The position numbers and the translations under genes are program-made. A stretch of DNA of 64,000 nucleotides from Amoebophrya sp. A120 (taxonomy: Eukaryota; Protista; Dinoflagellata), in assembly GCA_905178155.1 (NCBI GenBank), contig CAJINV010000025.1, forward strand, positions 164,453 to 228,452, read 5' to 3'. This document shows positions 61,460 through 64,000 of this stretch, in pieces. A model generated the notes under the pieces. That model worked only from the letters and a program-made list of their open reading frames with translations. It was not told the origin of the DNA and made no database searches. Every line of letters starts with the position of its first letter. Position 1 is the first letter of the stretch.

Positions 61460-62066
61460 AAGTGCAAGACTACAACGACGCCCGCTTCTCACAGTGACAA
61501 TCACAAATTTTTGCACAGCCCGACGCTGGTGGCGCGGTCCACTACGTATGGGCGAACTCCTGCAAACCTCTGTATGCGTGACGTATGAATCTAGTTCGAG
61601 TGACTTTCTGTTTCTAGCCCGAAGACAAATGGTCGGAAACGCAGCCCAGTTGTGTCTTTGTGTGCCGCTGGAGATAGGGATGCTGACTGATGTAAGTTTA
61701 CGCCAGTTTTCTCCTTTTTTTTTCGACATATAAAAAACGCGACGTGGTTACTACTCCAGTCGCACTCGTAAAATTCTTTTTTGAGAATGCAAGCCGTAGC
61801 TGGTTTGCTCTTTCTGATACCACGTCGAGTTTCGTCGCGAAGCACCGTAAAGCATCCTGATGAGATTCTTCTTATGTGCAGTAAAAAAGATATTAAGCTA
61901 CACTGCGAAGCGAATGCGAAACACTAAGCCCTGACTTCTTATTCTGTGGAAAGTAAAATGCAAGACTGCAACGACATAGACGTGCGCTCGCAGTGACTAT
62001 CACAAATTTTTGCACAACTCGACGCTGGTTGCGCGGTCTACTACTCATGGGCGAACTCCTGCAACC
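61460..62066. repeat. Diverged ~105-bp direct repeat pair
   Basis: TGCAAGACT.CAACGAC...ATCACAAATTTTTGCACA..CGACGCTGGT...ATGGGCGAACTCCTGCAA at about 61462 and 61959. Confidence 0.8.
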
Positions 62067-62837
62067 GCTATGAGTGGTTATGAGTTAAGTATCGAGTTCC
62101 CGCCGTGGGCCTTGGCCTTCTTCGCATCAAGGTTGTGTGTTCCGTAAGAATGAAAAAAGTCAGTTGTTCTTTCATCTCAAGAAATTCCCAGATAGTGTTG
62201 TTGAAGCTGTTGACTGAGCCTGCGAACTTATCAACACTCTTATTGCAAGGAAAAATTTTCCCTCCTCAACCTCATGTTGAAAACGTAAACGTATGCGTCT
62301 GAAAATTTGTGATGGAGATTTCGACGAATCAAACGTCTTCTTTTGAATAAAGTCTAGGTGTGATTGAAGAAGAGCAGCTTCTTCACGGAGAGAGAAGATC
62401 AAGATGAAAATTTTCACGATTTGGTTTTGTCCTCCATGTGTCGGGAGCACCACAGCGGTGGGCGATAGAACGTTATTGTCGTCCTGTGTTCCTGTTCCGG
62501 CCTGAATCTGAGTTACTCTTCTGTTACGCATTGTATGTTATGCAAATTCACTGCAACGCAGTTACAACCAGAGAAGCACGACAACGAACCAGGAAAAATT
62601 GACACGAGAAGGAATTTTGGTTGGTCAGCGATGCACATCAAGAACATTTCCGGTGTCGTGTTTTTTGTCAATGCTACCAAAAGTGGAAAAGCTGCGTTTT
62701 CGGTGGCAGAAAGCCTAATATTTCGCTCAGCTTCCGCCAGCACAAGAACCGTATACAGATAAATGGATGCTTGAAAATCAAAATCAGTGGACTGTAGGTG
62801 ATCACGACCATGATATCGAGGAACGCATAGATAAAAG

Positions 62838-64000
62838 ATGGATCTCAATGCGGAAGCGGTTCGCTGGTTGGCTGCCACCACCTCCGGCAGTGATGGTGGA
62901 ACGAGAAACAGTAATTATGGTGCGCCAACGACAGCTGCAAATAAAAGAGCATCTGCTGAAATGAATTCCACGCGTCGCGACAGCACGACAACGCTGTTAA
63001 ACAACAACCCCCTTCCCGCTTTTCAGCTGCTGCACCGCGCGTTGAAGCAAGGCATTGTGTACGCATTGCAAATTAATAAGTATGCCGAAGTCTGGAGTAG
63101 ACAAAAATCTGTGTTGCATGGACGGAAAAAGTTGCCTAGCACTTCTAGTAACGCAGAGGGCGAATTTCTCATGCGGAATAGGCACTAAGGCGCTCTTGCG
63201 CAATCTGTGATGCTTGTGGTCGCATTACAAACCAACTTTGTTTTCCACGAGATGCATTGCATTCTTCCAGACCGAGACATTATTTGTTTTTGATATCGTG
63301 GAGAAAGACCTGTTTTTGTTAGCGGAGACCTGGGCGAACCTCGGGCTGGCGTATCGCAAGTTGCAGCAGCACGAGATATACCCAGTGCAAAAGTCTCGTA
63401 CTCCGACGTAGTCGTACTCGTACAAATTACAGTGATGGAGGAGCACGACAAATTTCTCTTCCTGACGAGCTAAATCAAGAACGTGACAATTTTTGAACTT
63501 CCATTGATTTGTAAATGCAATTCCATTTGATGTAATGCTAATGTTGAGAAAATTTGTAGTGTACTATGCAGTTGGTACTCGCTGCACGATAGTACTTTTG
63601 CATTGCATAGTGTGTTGCAGAATGTTTCCGAGTTCGGCACCTCCTCTCCCGTCCACGACCAGCAACAGCTGCAGGATTTATCCACTGCAAAAGTGTGTGG
63701 GTCTGGAAACTTGTGATGCAAGTCAGGGAAAAATGCGTATACTGGAATGCACTGCCAAGCATGACAAGTTTTTCCGTGGTTCAGAGTTGCGTACTCCGCA
63801 TGAGAAACTGCGTTTTTGCATGACAGGGAAGAGAAGCCCTTTGCGGTCACGCAATACTGAGCTCACAGTCATGCCGGACTAGCATGACAAATCCCGGAAT
63901 CTTGGAGACCCAGACATTTTTGCATTTGATAGGATTTGGCCATTTACAATCTGCAGCTTTCCGCCAGCCTGCTCAGACGGGTTTTGGACCACGACAACGA
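62838..64000 (+). CDS. 5' part of a protein with a TPR-like helix pair; runs off the window
   Basis: MDLNAEAV...KQGIV/EKDLFLLAETWANLGLAYRKLQQHEI joined across introners 63060, ~63378 and 63679. Confidence 0.5.
63060..63295. mobile_element. Introner, family A (degenerate)
   Basis: DR ttgtg/tcgtg; frame kept. Confidence 0.8.
63379..63609. mobile_element. Introner, family C variant (left end 63377 or 63379)
   Basis: TGCAAAAGT.TCGT inverted pair; DR decayed. Confidence 0.75.
63679..63931. mobile_element. Introner, family A
   Basis: Family TIRs; DR ggatt/ggatt. Confidence 0.92.

Noticed and set aside
669-63931. Recurring peptides in the ORF track (CKSVWVWK, FQTQTF, LPDPDIFA, YESAQLPL, CKSIVLV, KNPPSPY) as a repeated protein domain family
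   Set aside because: They are translations of introner TIRs in arbitrary frames and strands, and the ORFs stop soon after entering the elements.
1-64000. Autonomous transposase, reverse transcriptase, rRNA or tRNA genes
   Set aside because: No DDE, RT, Rep/helicase or structured-RNA signature was recognised by eye. A fragmented one cannot be excluded without HMM or covariance searches.

Overview
Eukaryotic genomic DNA. It most likely comes from the parasitic dinoflagellate Amoebophrya (Syndiniales), inferred from an exact dinoflagellate spliced leader, alveolate-type genes and the intron architecture. About 13 protein genes all lie on the + strand. They include a DOT1-like methyltransferase, a GH71/99-like glycoside hydrolase, an exostosin GT47, CFAP298, an alveolate-type membrane protein and several hypotheticals. 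These genes are broken up by about 85 non-canonical intron-transposons (introners) of about 12 terminal-inverted-repeat families, provisionally named A-L. Nearly every element runs 5'-TAT...ATA-3' and is flanked by a 5-nt direct repeat (DR). Removing the element plus 5 nt restores the reading frame at almost every junction I could check, in either insertion orientation and mostly without GT-AG. All families share an internal (T/C)TGTNATGC motif. Several elements carry nested cargo: a 309-bp satellite, a Helentron-like element and a poly(A) retro-fragment. The last CFAP298 intron carries a spliced-leader-capped, poly(A)-tailed chimeric retrocopy of a tandem-TIR-domain mRNA with a 16-bp target-site duplication. 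Most short ORFs in the supplied track are artefacts of these repeats. All coordinates were read by eye, and exact splice points within each 5-nt DR are ambiguous.
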